Shown here piece by piece: positions 25,233 to 37,550 of a stretch of 64,000 nt of DNA (positions are counted from its first letter, which is position 1; every line of letters begins with the position of its first letter). The stretch is taken from assembly GCF_030028105.1 (NCBI RefSeq), contig NC_092384.1, positions 3,143,665 through 3,207,664 on the forward strand. Direction: 5' to 3'. Position numbers and translations under genes: made by a program. The notes beneath the pieces were generated by a model. The model saw only the letters and a program-made list of their open reading frames with translations. It ran no database searches and was not told the DNA's origin. The DNA comes from Mobula birostris. Its lineage: Eukaryota.

Positions 25233-25504
25233 GATTCACACCATAAGCTATCAAGCGGATGGATACCGGAATCTACTGGAGGACCGTAACTTTGGCAAAG
25301 TACAGCAACCGATTTCATCCGCTGGATATAAGGCCACGAGCGGGGTCCGTCATTTGGAAACTTTGACTTGCAATAAGGGCTTCACTTTGGTAAATTGAGA
25401 CATATCCCTGTACCACTTAGGTTTACTGCTTGTTTCTTGCTGTCAAGCAAGGGACATTGCAGTTAAAATTCAATCAGGTAAAACAAATTCCAGGCTTGGC
25501 ACGA

Positions 25505-25672
25505 TTAGTACTTGGGATTCCGTTCCGAATAAATAACGTCGACACTTTCCATTTTTCTCGGCTGTGAATCGATTGTGTCGGTCTCCCTATGATAAACAAT
25601 TTCTGCTTTCTTGGTATCTGCCACGGCGATAGGGGTGTAGGTCAAGTTCCTATCAGGCGGCTTCTGCTTGGT
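25505..25672 (-). CDS. Putative terminal cytoplasmic exon of IgSF receptor copy B (ITIM-like)
   Basis: Acceptor gatttttcag|ACC, phase 0. Reads TKQKPPDRNLTYTPIAVADTKKAEIVYHRETDTIDSQPRKMESVDVIYSERNPKY*. Confidence 0.7.
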   Translation of the reverse strand, partial: TKQKPPDRNLTYTPIAVADTKKAEIVYHRETDTIDSQPRKMESVDVIYSERNPKY

Positions 25673-26049
25673 CTGAAAAATCCACATTAGTTGGGATAAA
25701 TCATTACTTTAATTTTTTAGTCATACTGAGTTTCATGTTAAATATAGCCCTGAGAACTTCCCAAAATCACCACTGTCTCAAAAGACTACCAACTAACAGT
25801 GCTTTCATCATTACCTGCAAGTAAAAATAGTTGAACTTTTCTGGCTGCTTATCTCTATTTTCGCTCTACCTTTTCTGTCACGTAGATGAAACATACTGCA
25901 TACTTTAATAAAAAGATCAACGGTTTACAGAGCAGAGGAAATGCAGAATTAGGGTGATAGTCAAGTCATTCATCACCTTACTAAGTAGCAGAGCAGCTGG
26001 ATGGACCGAAATGCTTATACTTGCTCCAAATTCCCACGTTAATACGTAC

Positions 26050-26148
26050 CTGCGCGTAGACCGTCCTCTCTTGATTCACGGACCCTGGAACTTTCCGGGA
26101 TTTGGTAAGATCTAGTGCTGCATCAGACATCATGGCCTCGCTTGTAGA
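26050..26148 (-). CDS. Putative cytoplasmic exon (99 nt, phase 0-0)
   Basis: ctatgcag|TCT...CAG|gtacgt. Reads STSEAMMSDAALDLTKSRKVPGSVNQERTVYAQ. Confidence 0.7.
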
Positions 26149-26264
26149 CTGCATAGATTGAAACACAGAAATATACACATTTTAAAAGTGCAGGCGCCAG
26201 AAATGATCAACACGCACAAATATTCAATGCCAATTATGAATCTGTACGGCCTTCATCAACGCAC

Positions 26265-26273
26265 CTGCACGGT
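26265..26273 (-). CDS. Putative 9-nt cytoplasmic micro-exon (TVQ)
   Basis: Strong acceptor ttttcttttgtacag|ACCGTGCAG|gtgcgt. Flanking introns are 73 and 116 nt. Confidence 0.5.
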
Positions 26274-26346
26274 CTGTACAAAAGAAAATAACATACATCG
26301 CGTCGACAAAGCTCCTCAGTGTGATCTTTGATATGTCGTAAATTAC

Positions 26347-26375
26347 CTTAATTTCCATACTTGCTTGATGTTGGA
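26347..26375 (-). CDS. Putative 29-nt cytoplasmic exon (phase 1 to 0)
   Basis: ctgtaaag|TC...AAG|gtaatt reads (V)QHQASMEIK. It supplies the phase change needed between the TM exon and the downstream phase-0 exons. Confidence 0.5.
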
Positions 26376-26829
26376 CTTTACAGTCACAAAACGACAACTT
26401 CTCGCCAAGAATTAAAAGTAAGTAATAAGCAAATTAAGCTACAGACGATATTCGTGCTTGCAACCATATGTGGTAATTTCAGTTTCTGATTACTAGCCTC
26501 ACTGAGTCATAAATGAAAAGCCTGTTTCCGGCTACATGTAGTAGTTAAGTCCGTGCAAGAAACAGAACTAGCCAGTCACTTTCTTTTGAGGATACAGTAC
26601 AGAATAGGGGACTGCTAATCCAGCAGTAGTCTGAAGGTACGACCAGTCCGCCCCTGGCAAGGACGGCAGGTGTGATCGATATTCATGACATTGCTCTGGA
26701 GTTAAAAGCATCCAATAATAGATCACCTATTTTGTTGTTAACAAGCAAGGTTGTTAAAAAGTAAGCTTAAAATATCAGTTCAGAAAGGTAGGATATAATC
26801 TCCTATTAATGTTAACAGACAAAACCTAT

Positions 26830-27070
26830 TAGAAACATCAAACATAAAAAATCCTACAGTACAATACAGCCCTTCGGCCCACAAAGTTGTGCCGAACATG
26901 TCCCTACCATAGAACTACCTAGGCTTTGCCCATAGCGCTCTATTTTTCTAAGCTGCATGTAGCCATCTAGTAGTCTCTTAAAAGACCCTATTGTTTCCGC
27001 CTCCACCACCGGCACCGGCAGCCCATTCCACGCACTCTCACTGTCTGCGTAAAAACTTACCCCTGACATC
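26830..27070 (-). mobile_element. CR1 3' end fragment
   Basis: Similar to 5030-5260 (cttcggcccacaaagttgtgccgaacatgtccc). Confidence 0.8.
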
Positions 27071-27316
27071 TCCTCATTTTGGATGCTAACTACTTTTTGC
27101 TGTCTAGAAGACAAACGCAGAGATTTCTAGTTTCATTGTTATGCGGGTTATAATGCTAAAATTGTCTACAAATTAAGCTGATGGTAATTAGAGGAATTAG
27201 CGAGTGTCAACAGTCCTGTGGGCATGAACATCCAATCCGCATTTGATGAAAATTTTGTAACTTAACAACAAAATACTCACGACAGTGAACGTGTATATAC
27301 ATAGGCGCACACACGC

Positions 27317-27390
<74 letters not shown>
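27317..27390. repeat. Compound (AT)n(AG)n microsatellite
   Basis: Read directly from the sequence. Confidence 0.95.
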
Positions 27391-27396
<6 letters not shown>

Positions 27397-29253
27397 ATGT
27401 TGTTATGTTTTACATACAATTCCATCATACATACATACCAGGCATTGATCGGATATTTCTTCCTCCTTTTGCGTGCCTGGAAATTAAATAGGTTAAAATT
27501 AGCATATTATGATCAAAGACAGTGGTTTCACATCGAGTTACTAGACATTGGAAAGGAATCGCCTCCTTTCCAGTGTGTTTTTTTTAAATATTAGAATGAC
27601 TGTTCTGATGTCGACAGATTTTAATGTTGGTTTCTGACTTTGGGGCTTACAATGAGGGGATGGAAAGCGAATTCGTCCGCAAAGTTTCCGAGAGCGCCAG
27701 TGTTTCCCCAAATGCCGGAGTTCAGCTTTCATGAATTCCGAGTCACCAAAAATGCGCTGTGCATACTAAGTGAATGAGAGAATCCCTTATATTTTAAATT
27801 AGAGGATAATTTCTTACGTTGAGTTTCTGCTTCCAGTTCTTTTAGACGACCAATTGTTTTTGACCAATTCAAGCTAAATTCATCAGGACTTGGTGATCAT
27901 TAACGCAAAACCTTAGTTAATGATAGAAGGTGAACATGTTGAGGTCTCAAAGCCAATCATCTCCTATCAAAGGGGAAAATAAATCAAACAGAGAAACACC
28001 GTTATAGTAATAAATGTCGTCGATGATTTCACAAGTGGAGATGGTGGGGCGGATGGAAAGTTGACCACATCTTAGGAAATAATGGAAAGAGTGAAATACG
28101 CTTACGTAGAAAGTATTTTTCTGGATTTTCAAAAAAAGATGAAATGCTGCCTACAGAGTAAATCAGTTGGTGACAGTTTGGAGCCTTTAGCAGAATGATC
28201 ATCCCAACTTTGGGAAGAAATGCCGAAGGAAAAGTAACTGCACAGCGTGAGCAGTAACGGCCAGTACAACTGAGCACAACATAACTACTCATAGTGCCGA
28301 GTGACGGTCAGTACAACTGGGACCAATGATGTTAGTAGTTAGACTCGGAATCAAACAGAGAACTCTAAATTTGGGTGTGACGCAAACTTGAGAGAGATCC
28401 TCAGTACTGAGAACATTGCAGGGGATTATCAGAATCTTGATAACCTGATTTAACATGCGCGATAGTGGATTTCAACAGAAGGGACAAGAAAATCATTCAT
28501 TACTTGGAACGTGCGAATCCTATGATAGAAGCGTATAGGGGTCTCGGTGAATAAACGGACGACAATCTTACACTACGTCTTTGGTGGGCAAGACGGTAAA
28601 ACGCAGACAATCAAAACTCAGGTTTAGAGAGCCAAGGCTGAAGAAGAGGGACATTATGCTAAACCTGACGGCATCTGACTCAGAGTGACCAGCAGAGCGG
28701 CCTGTCAAGAAACATCGGGCAAAAACACGTTTTTTTTTTTTTTTTGTTTTTGAAACAAATTGCAGTAATCGTACTAGAAATGTAAGGACATCGATTACAA
28801 ATCTAGTCTCCTTTCTCACAACAAGGACGAGAGATGGCATAATAAATGACTTAAACTTTTACGAAATTATTAGGTAATTCGATACAGAAAGATTGAACAT
28901 AAGACCATAAGATAAAAGAGCAGAAGCAGGTTATTCGACCCATCGATTTGCTCTGCCATTCAATTACGGGCTGATCCAATTATTTCAGTCCTCCCCACTC
29001 CCCTCCCTTCTCCCCATACCCTTTGATGCCCTGGCTAATCAAGAACCTATCTATCTCTGCCTTAATGCACCCAAAGAATTGGTCTCCACAGCCGCTCGTG
29101 GCAGCAAATTCCACAGATTTATCACCGTCTGACTGAAGTAATTTCTCCGCATCTCTGTTGTTAGTGGACGTCCTTCAATCCTGAAGTTGTGCCCTCTTGT
29201 CCTGGACTCCTCTACCATGGGAAATAACTTTGTCATATCTAAGCTGTTTAGGC

Positions 29254-29338
29254 TGTGAAGAGATCCCGGAGTACTGCTATTAACTGTGACTTTGAAGAGA
29301 GAGAGAGTGACAGTCGTTTAACACCGATGTGTTGCTTT

Positions 29339-29379
<41 letters not shown>

Positions 29380-29887
29380 ACGGTTGGACTGTCACTTTAA
29401 GGCATTGGAAGTAATTTTGGATTCTACTGCGTTGGGTTTGGAGACAGCTCCGAGCAGCTCCAAAGTTGCTATTGTGACAGAAGGCAGGTTGTTGATGTTA
29501 ATTTCAATGAATTGTTTCCTGCTTGCATTTCTTTACGAATAAAGGGAGGAGGGAGTCTTTAAATGACAGGTAATGCTCAAGACAGAGAAATACATAAGAG
29601 GTCAGATGATAAAGACCTCAGACACATGATCTGGACACTGAATGAGCATTTGTTGTGCCCGCAGGAAAAGTGGGTTTTGGAGGATCGATCAGGCAGATCG
29701 ATCCAAATTGCTATTCCAGTGAAGGAGGAGGGTTTGACTAGTGGGGAATTGTCTATGTGTCCACCCATGCCAGGGTGATAGCTCCACCACAGGATAACCG
29801 GTCCCCTGGTTAAAGTCACAGTCGGTGACTTGTGAAGGATGTCGGAGGACGACGCGAAGATCGACGGCATCAGCTCACCTGAAGACT

Positions 29888-29927
<40 letters not shown>

Positions 29928-30211
29928 CATCGCTATTCAACGACATACCACAAGCTGAACTGAACTGAACTTTACTCAACATCGTAGGACTGTATCTCTT
30001 TACCCCTAGACATACAGAAGCTTGTTTTTTCATATATATATATTCCAGACTGACTTTTATAAATAATCATTGTTAACCTGTTTGATTTATCTACATTTAT
30101 TTTACTGTATTACATAGTTCCTAATAAAGATTAGTCGTTTATAGCAATACTGGACTCAAAGTGGTTTCCATTTCTGCTGGTTTCTTTATCCCTGTCACGG
30201 GGTACGTGACA
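29254..30211 (+). mobile_element. Solo LTR (958 bp)
   Basis: TGTGA...TGACA termini and a 4-bp TSD AGGC (29250-29253 and 30212-30215). It interrupts a CR1 that reads continuously across it. AATAAA at about 30124 suggests + orientation. Confidence 0.85.
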
Positions 30212-33099
30212 AGGCCTTTTACCATTCGAAATGTTCCTAAGAGGTTCCCGCGCCGTCACCCTTTCTCCTGAACGCCAGGGAATACGGCTTAAGAGCTGCC
30301 AGACATTCCTCATATGGTAACCCTTTCATTCCTGGAATCATTCTCGTAAATCTTCTCTGAACCCTCTACAAAGTCTGCGTATCCTATCCAAAATAAGGAG
30401 CCCCAAACTGCACACAATACTCTAAGTGTGGTTTCACGAGTGCCTTAGAGCCTCAACATCAGATCCCTGCTCTTATGTTCTATGCCTCCAGAAATGAATG
30501 CCAACATTGAATTTGCCTTCTTACCACCGACTCAACCTGGAGGTTAACCTTTAGGGTATCCTGCACATGGACTCCCAAATCCCTTTGCATGTCTGCATTT
30601 TGAATTATCTCCCCATCAAAATAATAGTACAGCCGTTTATTTATTCCAGCAAAAAGCATGACCATACACTTTCCAACATTGTATTTCATTTGCTACTTCT
30701 TTGCCCATTCCCCTAAGCTATCTAACTCTCTCTGCAGGCTCTCTGTTTCCTCAACACTACCCGTTCCTCCACCTATCTTTGTATCATCGGCAAATTTAGC
30801 TACAAATACATTAATCACCAAGTCCAAATCATTGACATAAATCATTTAAAACAACGGCCCAACACCGATCCCTGTTGAACTCCACTTGTAACCGGCAGCC
30901 AGCCAGAATAGGATCCCTTTATTCCCACTCCGCTTTCCACCACCAGCCAATGCTCCACCCATGGGATCTTATCCTGCTAAGCAGCCTCATGTGCGGCACC
31001 TTGCCAAAGTCTTCAGAAAATCCAAGTACCCCACATCTATTTCATCTCATTTGTCTACCCTGCTTGTAATTTCCTCAAACAAAACTAGTAGGTTAGTCAG
31101 GCAGATTCTTCCTTTCAGAAAACCATGCTGGCTTTGGCCTATCTTGTCATGTGCCTCCAGGTACTCCGGAATATCATTACTAACAACCGATTCCAACAAA
31201 TTCCCAACCACCAATGTCAGGCTAACTGGTCTATAGTTTCTTTTCTGCTGCTTCCCACACTTCTTAAATAGCGGATTAACATTTGCAATTTTCCAGTCAT
31301 CCGGTACAATGCCAGAATCTATTGATTCTTGAAAGATCATTGTTAATGCCTTCCCAGTATCTCCAACTACTTCCTTCAGAACCGGAGGGTTCATTCCATG
31401 AGGTTCAGGAGATTTATCCACCCTCAGACCATTAAGCTTCCTGAGCACCTTCTCAGTTGTAATTTTCACTGCACAAGCTTCACTACCCTGACACTCTTGA
31501 ATGTCCGATATACTGCAGATGTCTTCCACTGTGAATACTGATACAAAATACGCATTCAGTTCCTCTGAAATACCGACACATTGGAATTTAGTTCTCCTTC
31601 TCAAATTTCAAAGTGAACTCTATTCCCTAAGGGTTCCTTAACCTTGAGCTCTCTTATCACCTCCAGATCATTGCACAACACCCAATACATCCCAGCCAAT
31701 CTCCTAGTGGGTTCAAAAACAAGCTGTTCTAAAAAGCTATTCCTTAGACATTCTGCAAATTCTCTCTCTTGAGGTCCAGTACTGGACTGGTTTTCCCAAT
31801 CCACTTTCATCTTAAAATCCCCAACGATTATCTTGACTTTGCCCTTCCGTCACGCCTTTTCCATCTCCTGCTGTAATTTGTAATTCACATCTCTGCTGCC
31901 GCTTGGAGACCTGTGTACAACTGTCATTAGGGTCCTTTTACACTTGTCATCTCTTAACCCAACACATAGAGGTTCTACACCTTCTGACCCTATGTCATCC
32001 CTTTCTAATGATTTCATATTATTTCTGAATCACAACACTCCCTCTGCCTACTAACCTATCTTTTCCATACACAGTATATCATTGGATGTTCAGCTCCCAA
32101 TGGCAGCCATCCTTTATCCAAGGTTCAGAGATGGCCACAACGTCATACTTGCCAATCTGTATCTGAACGTTATGATCGTCCATTTTATTTCGTACGCTGC
32201 GTGCATACAAATACAACCATTTAACCCTCGTATTTGTTGCTTTCTGTTTTAACTGCACTATGCCTCTATTGTCCTGTAACTGGCTGTGATTATGCCTCCT
32301 CTCCTGCCTGTGTTTTCTATCCTCTCTGTTGCACTCTATCTTTGATTTATTTCTGTTTTCCCCTTCCTCAGCCCTATCACTCCAGTTCCTATCCCCCTGC
32401 CAAATTCGTGTAAATTCTGACGAGCACCTCTATTAAACCTGCCTGCTAGGATGTTGGATCCCTTTGGGTTCAGGTGTAACCCGTCCTTTTTTGTACAGTT
32501 CGTGCCTCCCCCAGAAGAGGCCCCAATGGTCCAGAGTTCCGAAGCCCTGCCCCCTACAACAGTCTCTCAGCCTCGCATTAATATGCCCGATCGTGCTATT
32601 CTTGTGCTCGTTAGCACGTGGCACAGGCAGCAAAACTGAGATTACCACCCTGGGGGTCCTGCTTTTCAGCTTCCTACCCAACTCCCTGTGATCTCTCTTC
32701 AGGACCATCACCCTTTTCCCACCTATGTCAGCGGTACCAATGTGTACCAAGACTTCTGACTGTTCACCCTTTCCCTTCAGAATACTCTGCACCCGATCTG
32801 AGACATCTCGTACCCTGGGTCCTGGGTGGCAACACACCATGCAGGTATCTCTATCAGGCTGATCTAACCTCCTGTTGTTCCCCTTACTATGGAATCCCCT
32901 ATGACTATCCGATTCCTCATCTTCTTCTTTCCTGGGCGGGAGGAGAAGATGGCAGTGCGAGGCAGATCGCAGTGGCCACTCCGGTGGTGATATCTGTTAT
33001 CTGTCAAGTAGGGTGCCGTGCACAATCCTGATTTGATGGAGACAGACGTGAGAGCACAGAGGAACATCTGGTGAAACTTCTGAAATGCCTGCTTCACTG

Positions 33100-33605
33100 C
33101 CACTGTGTGATCCAGAATCTCCGGAGGGGAATGCCCCGAGTCCTCGGCTTTGCTTGTTGCTCGGCGCCCGGTGCGGGGTTGAAGCGTCCGGCAGACGAAG
33201 GTGCTCGGTGCTCGGTATCAGATGGCTGGTCGGAAGCTTGAAGTTTTTGGACGGACTCAGAGGCCACTGCAGTCGGGTGCTTCCAATGTATCAGCAAGTT
33301 GTCGGTACTTGGAGGTTCATGGCAGGGAGAGTTTCTCCCTTCTACCGTCTGCGAGAGATGATGAGTCTATCGGGACTTGAGACTTTTTTTTTTTTTACCG
33401 CGCCCACGGTCTGCTCTTTATCAAATTGCGGTATTACTTTGCACTGTTGTAACTATCTGTTATAATTATGTGGTTTTCTCAGTTTTAGTCTTGGTTTGTC
33501 CTGTGTTTCTGTGATATCTTTCTGAAGGAATATTGTATCATTTTTAACGCATGTATTTCTAAATGACAATAAAGGAAGACTGATTGCCCTCATAATCTAA
33601 TCTAA
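33100..33605 (+). mobile_element. 3' end of another LINE-like repeat nested in CR1 ORF1
   Basis: Interrupts CR1 ORF1 and ends in aataaa followed by a (TCTAA)n tail. Family not identified. Confidence 0.5.
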
Positions 33606-34309
33606 TCCCTTCTGCACCACAGAATCATGGTCAGTACTAGAGATCCGATCACTGTGGTCGTCCTCTGTCAGATCACCCCCTGAACAGCATCCAAAGCGAG
33701 ATAACGATTACTGAGGGGTATGGACACAGGGGTGCTCTCTACTCTCTGAGCTCTATCCATCCCTTCACTGACAGTCTCTCTCTGATCTAACTCCTGCAGC
33801 CTCCGGGTGACTAACTCTTTATAACTCCTATCTGTCTCCTGCTCACGTCCCCGAATAAGTTGTAGGTCATCAGGCCGCAGTTCAAGATCGCCAACACGGT
33901 CTCTCAGGAGCTGCATCTCCGTGCACGTGTCACAAATGTGGCGGGAGACTGGAAGTTTCCCAGGATTCCCACATCTGATATCCAGAGTAAAGTACTAACT
34001 CTAGAGATCTGGTCTCTGTTCCTCCAAAAAAAAAAAATGCAATGGATAAAAAAAAAATGTCCACTCACGTCGCTGTGCCCGAATGATCCAAAGCCCTACC
34101 ACTCTGCCTAAAATCACTGCTTTGATGACCGCTCCGCTAGGCAGTGTCTCCCTTTTAAGCCTGAACCTTCCCTGCTCCCCAAGTCAGGATTGGATCTCCG
34201 GTTGTAACCGAGTTCCCGCGAGGCTTCCCCCTTTCAAACTTCGCTCCCGGACCTGTGCTCCGCCTCCTCTCCCGGAGTTCTCCAACTCACGATTGGTGCG
34301 CCCGGTTAT

Positions 34310-35830
34310 AAAACAATACAGCACTACACTGGCTCTTCGGCACATTCCCTTTGTGCCGACATTGTGCACTATTCCAACATATTCCCCCACATAACTCTCT
34401 GTTATTCGTACATGTGCCTATTTCAAAGTCTCTCTCTTCAATACCTCTAATAATTTGCTTCTACCACCAACCCTAGCAGCGCTTTCTACGCACTTCCCAT
34501 TCTCATTTTTATAAGAATTGTTACCTTCCTGGCATCTCATCTATTCTTTCTTCCAGTGACCTTAAAATTTTGCCCCGTAGTGTTAGCCATTTCTGCCCTG
34601 GAAAGTAAGTCTCCGGCTGTCCACTCTATATATGCCTCATCGTTTTGTAAATCTTTCTGACATAATCTCCCACGCTACTTCGCTCCAAAGAGAAACTTCC
34701 TAACTCGCTAAACGTGCCCTCATCAGCCACGCTCTGTAATCCAGGCAACATTTTGGTAAATCTCCCTGGCACCTTATCTGAAGCTACCACATGTTTTCAA
34801 TAATGAAGCGACCAGAAATAAACAGAATATTCACAGTGTGGTCTAATCAGAGTTTCATCGTGCCGCCGCTTTACCTCGCAGCTATTGAATTCAGTCCCCC
34901 AATTATTGAAAGTTATTACTATTTTACCCACTCAATCGCCAGACACTGCAAATTTGAGAGATCAATGAACATCGACCCAAGATACCTCTGTTCGGTGGAG
35001 GATGAGAGGTGACCTGATATAAGTGTATAAGATAATGAGAGGCATTATAGTCAGAAGCTTTTTCCCAGAGCTGAAAGGCTAACACGATGGGGCATAGTTT
35101 TAATGTGCTTGGAAAAAAGGTGTCGAGAGGCTGTAAGGGATAAGTTTTTCACACAGACAGTCGTTGGTTCGTGGAATGCACTGCCGGTGGCTTGTGGAGG
35201 CGGATACAATAGGGCCTTTTAATATCCTGTTAGATACGTACACGGAGCTTAGAAAGATAGAGGACTATGCGCTAGGGAAATTCCAGGCAATCTCTACCGT
35301 AGGTTACATGGTCGGCACAACATTGTGGGCCCAAGGGTCTGTAACGTGCTGTAAATTTATATGTTCTCTGTTCTAATTCTACTCTGTTATTGCTGTCTTG
35401 CAATTTGCCTTCAGGTTCAGCCGTTCACACTTTTCGGTGTTGTAATTCATTTGTCGCTTCAGAGCCCAGCTCTGCATCCTGTCAATGTCCCTTTGAAACA
35501 TCCGGCAAACTTCTACACGATGCACACCACCACCAATGTCCGTGTCATCTGCAAGCTTACTAACCAACTCTCCCACTTCCTCATTCAAGCCCTATAAAAA
35601 ATTCCCAAAGAAGAGAGACTCCAGAACAGATCCCTGTGGAAGACGACTGGTTGCCCTTCTGCAGACAGAACACACCCTGCCTGCTACCGCTCCCTGCCTT
35701 CTATCAGCCAGTCAATTGTGAACCGACTTTCCCTCTATCCCATGCCTCCTGGTTTTCTGAATGAGTGTAGCATGGGAATGTTTGCCAAATGCCTGACTAA
35801 AATCCAAAAACACCACACCCACGGGCTAGC
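34310..35830. mobile_element. Three old CR1 fragments (-, +, -)
   Basis: 3' end on minus at 34.3-35.0 kb, 3' end on plus at 35.0-35.37 kb, and an RT fragment (SKLADDT) on minus at 35.38-35.83 kb. Confidence 0.7.
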
Positions 35831-36464
35831 AATTCCATCCAGTAAGGCAGTGCTGCTGAAAAGTCAACAGAAGCTCCGAAGACCTTATCCCTGCGGGAGG
35901 AAAGATCTTCGCCCAGAAGTGGTATGAAGTTGTGTGGTGAAAACAAAAGCACAAGGGCCACCAACCTTTTATCAGCCCAGGATAGAGCGAGTGGGTACAG
36001 ACAGAAGGATAACGTACCGAGTATTTCAAAATCCCTGGCCCCATTAATACAAGTTAGTTGGGATATCGACTTCCCAAAAAATGCAGAAAGAGTTTGTGGA
36101 CCGGATGAATGGGATAAGTTTTGTTGGATGAGAGTGGCAATGCGAGAAGCCGAACATGAACGGATTATTGGATATTGGCTAGCTGCTGTCGACGGTCAAT
36201 GCCCTGGTAGGGTGGAGGGATTAAGAAGACGCGGAAGAAAACCCCAAAGGAAGTTGAAAAAGAACTGTGCCAAAATCGTACTGAGAGTGTGGAGTCACGG
36301 CGATTTACACTAGAGGAGCATAAATCATGGCCCGCGCTGGCGTGCCGAGATGTACGATGTAGTCAGTTGTAACTTACTGGAAAGCTTAAGGAATAGATAA
36401 AACTTCTCTCTCACTCTTTTTTTACCCAACTTCCCCTGCATGTTCAGCTAATTCAGATTCTTAC

Positions 36465-36575
36465 CTTTATTTTTCGTTGCAATGCATCGCTTCGCAATGA
36501 GAAGAACCAACAATATAGATACCAAACCGCTCAATGCTCATATGGAGGTCATGACATCATTGATAGTAGTAGCTC
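36465..36575 (-). pseudogene. Transmembrane exon of IgSF receptor copy B, with an in-frame TGA
   Basis: tttcaattttccag|GA...AAAG|gtaaga, 111 nt, phase 1-1. Reads GATTINDVMTSI*ALSGLVSILLVLLIAKRCIATKNK, with TGA at 36538-36540. Confidence 0.8.
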
Positions 36576-36726
36576 CTGGAAAATTGAAATATTTTAGATA
36601 AAACTGAAAACTGTAGGCCGTTCAGACTAATAAATCCCCTCGTCTTTGAAACTGACATAACATCTGACATGCAGCCACTGTTTTAATTTCTTGTAAAGTT
36701 AAAACGTAGTAGACAGATTGACGCAA

Positions 36727-37192
36727 ACAACAGGAATTCTGCAGATGCTGGAAATTCAAGCAACACATGTAAAAGTTGCTGGTGAACGCAGCAGGCCAGG
36801 CAGCACCTCTAGGAAGAGGTGCAGTCGACGTTTCAGGCCGAGACCCTTCGTCAGGACTAACTGAAGGAAGAGTGAGTAAGAGATTTGAAAGTTGGAGGGG
36901 GAGGGGAGATCCAAAATGATAGGAGAAGACAGGAGGGGGAGGGATGGAGCCAAGAGCTGGACAGGTGATTGACAAAAGGGGATACGAGAGGATCATGGGA
37001 CAGGAGGTCCGGGCCCCAAACAGTCCTTCCAGGTGAGGCGACACTTCACCTGTGAGTCGGCTGGGGTGATATACTGCGTCCGGTGCTCCCGATGTGGCCT
37101 TCTAAATATTGGTGAGACCCGACGCAGACTGTGAGACCGCTTTGCTGAACACCTACGCTCTGTCCACCAGAGAAAGCAGGATCTCCCAGTGG
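36727..37192. mobile_element. Miniature Penelope-like insertion (minus-strand 3' tail joined to a plus-strand GIY-YIG piece)
   Basis: 36727-37010 matches 53981-54265, and 37012-37192 matches 56315-56485. Confidence 0.85.
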
Positions 37193-37550
37193 ATTCCCAG
37201 TAAATTGAATTCGGGAAAAAAATAGTATATATTTATTATTCAATTATATATATAATTATATATACACACATACATATAAATCGGTCTCTCTAATTGATCA
37301 ATGATATTAAAAAAAACGTTTGTCAAAACATACATTGCTTTCAGGTGTCACTTTATGAAACTGCTACTTTCAGCGAGCTATAAGGCTTTTCATCCTCTCG
37401 GAAAGTTTGTATTAAGTTCACATAGTTTGTGCCTTGTTGAATGGAACTTCCAATATTTTTGCTTTCTTCCGGTATGCAGTATGCCATGTCAGATACAAGG
37501 AATGAAGAGTTGTGTTTCGGCTTGAAATGGACACTGGCTTGTGCATACTT

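Larger units (their letters stand above)
28895..34000 (-). mobile_element. Degenerate near full-length CR1 LINE with nested insertions
   Basis: ccataaga tail at 28895, RT at 31047-31604, endonuclease at 31.6-32.2 kb, ORF1 SGNH at 32433-32840 and ORF1 N-terminus at 33668-33916. Confidence 0.85.

Noticed and set aside
27646-27760. GT-AG-bounded open stretch YAQRIFGD...FPSPH as a tail exon
   Set aside because: Phase 0 to 1 does not fit after the phase-1 TM exon, and it has no recognisable motif.
28660-28700. 37-nt candidate exon GRSAGHSESDAV
   Set aside because: Phase 1 to 2 has no compatible downstream exon, and the donor is weak.
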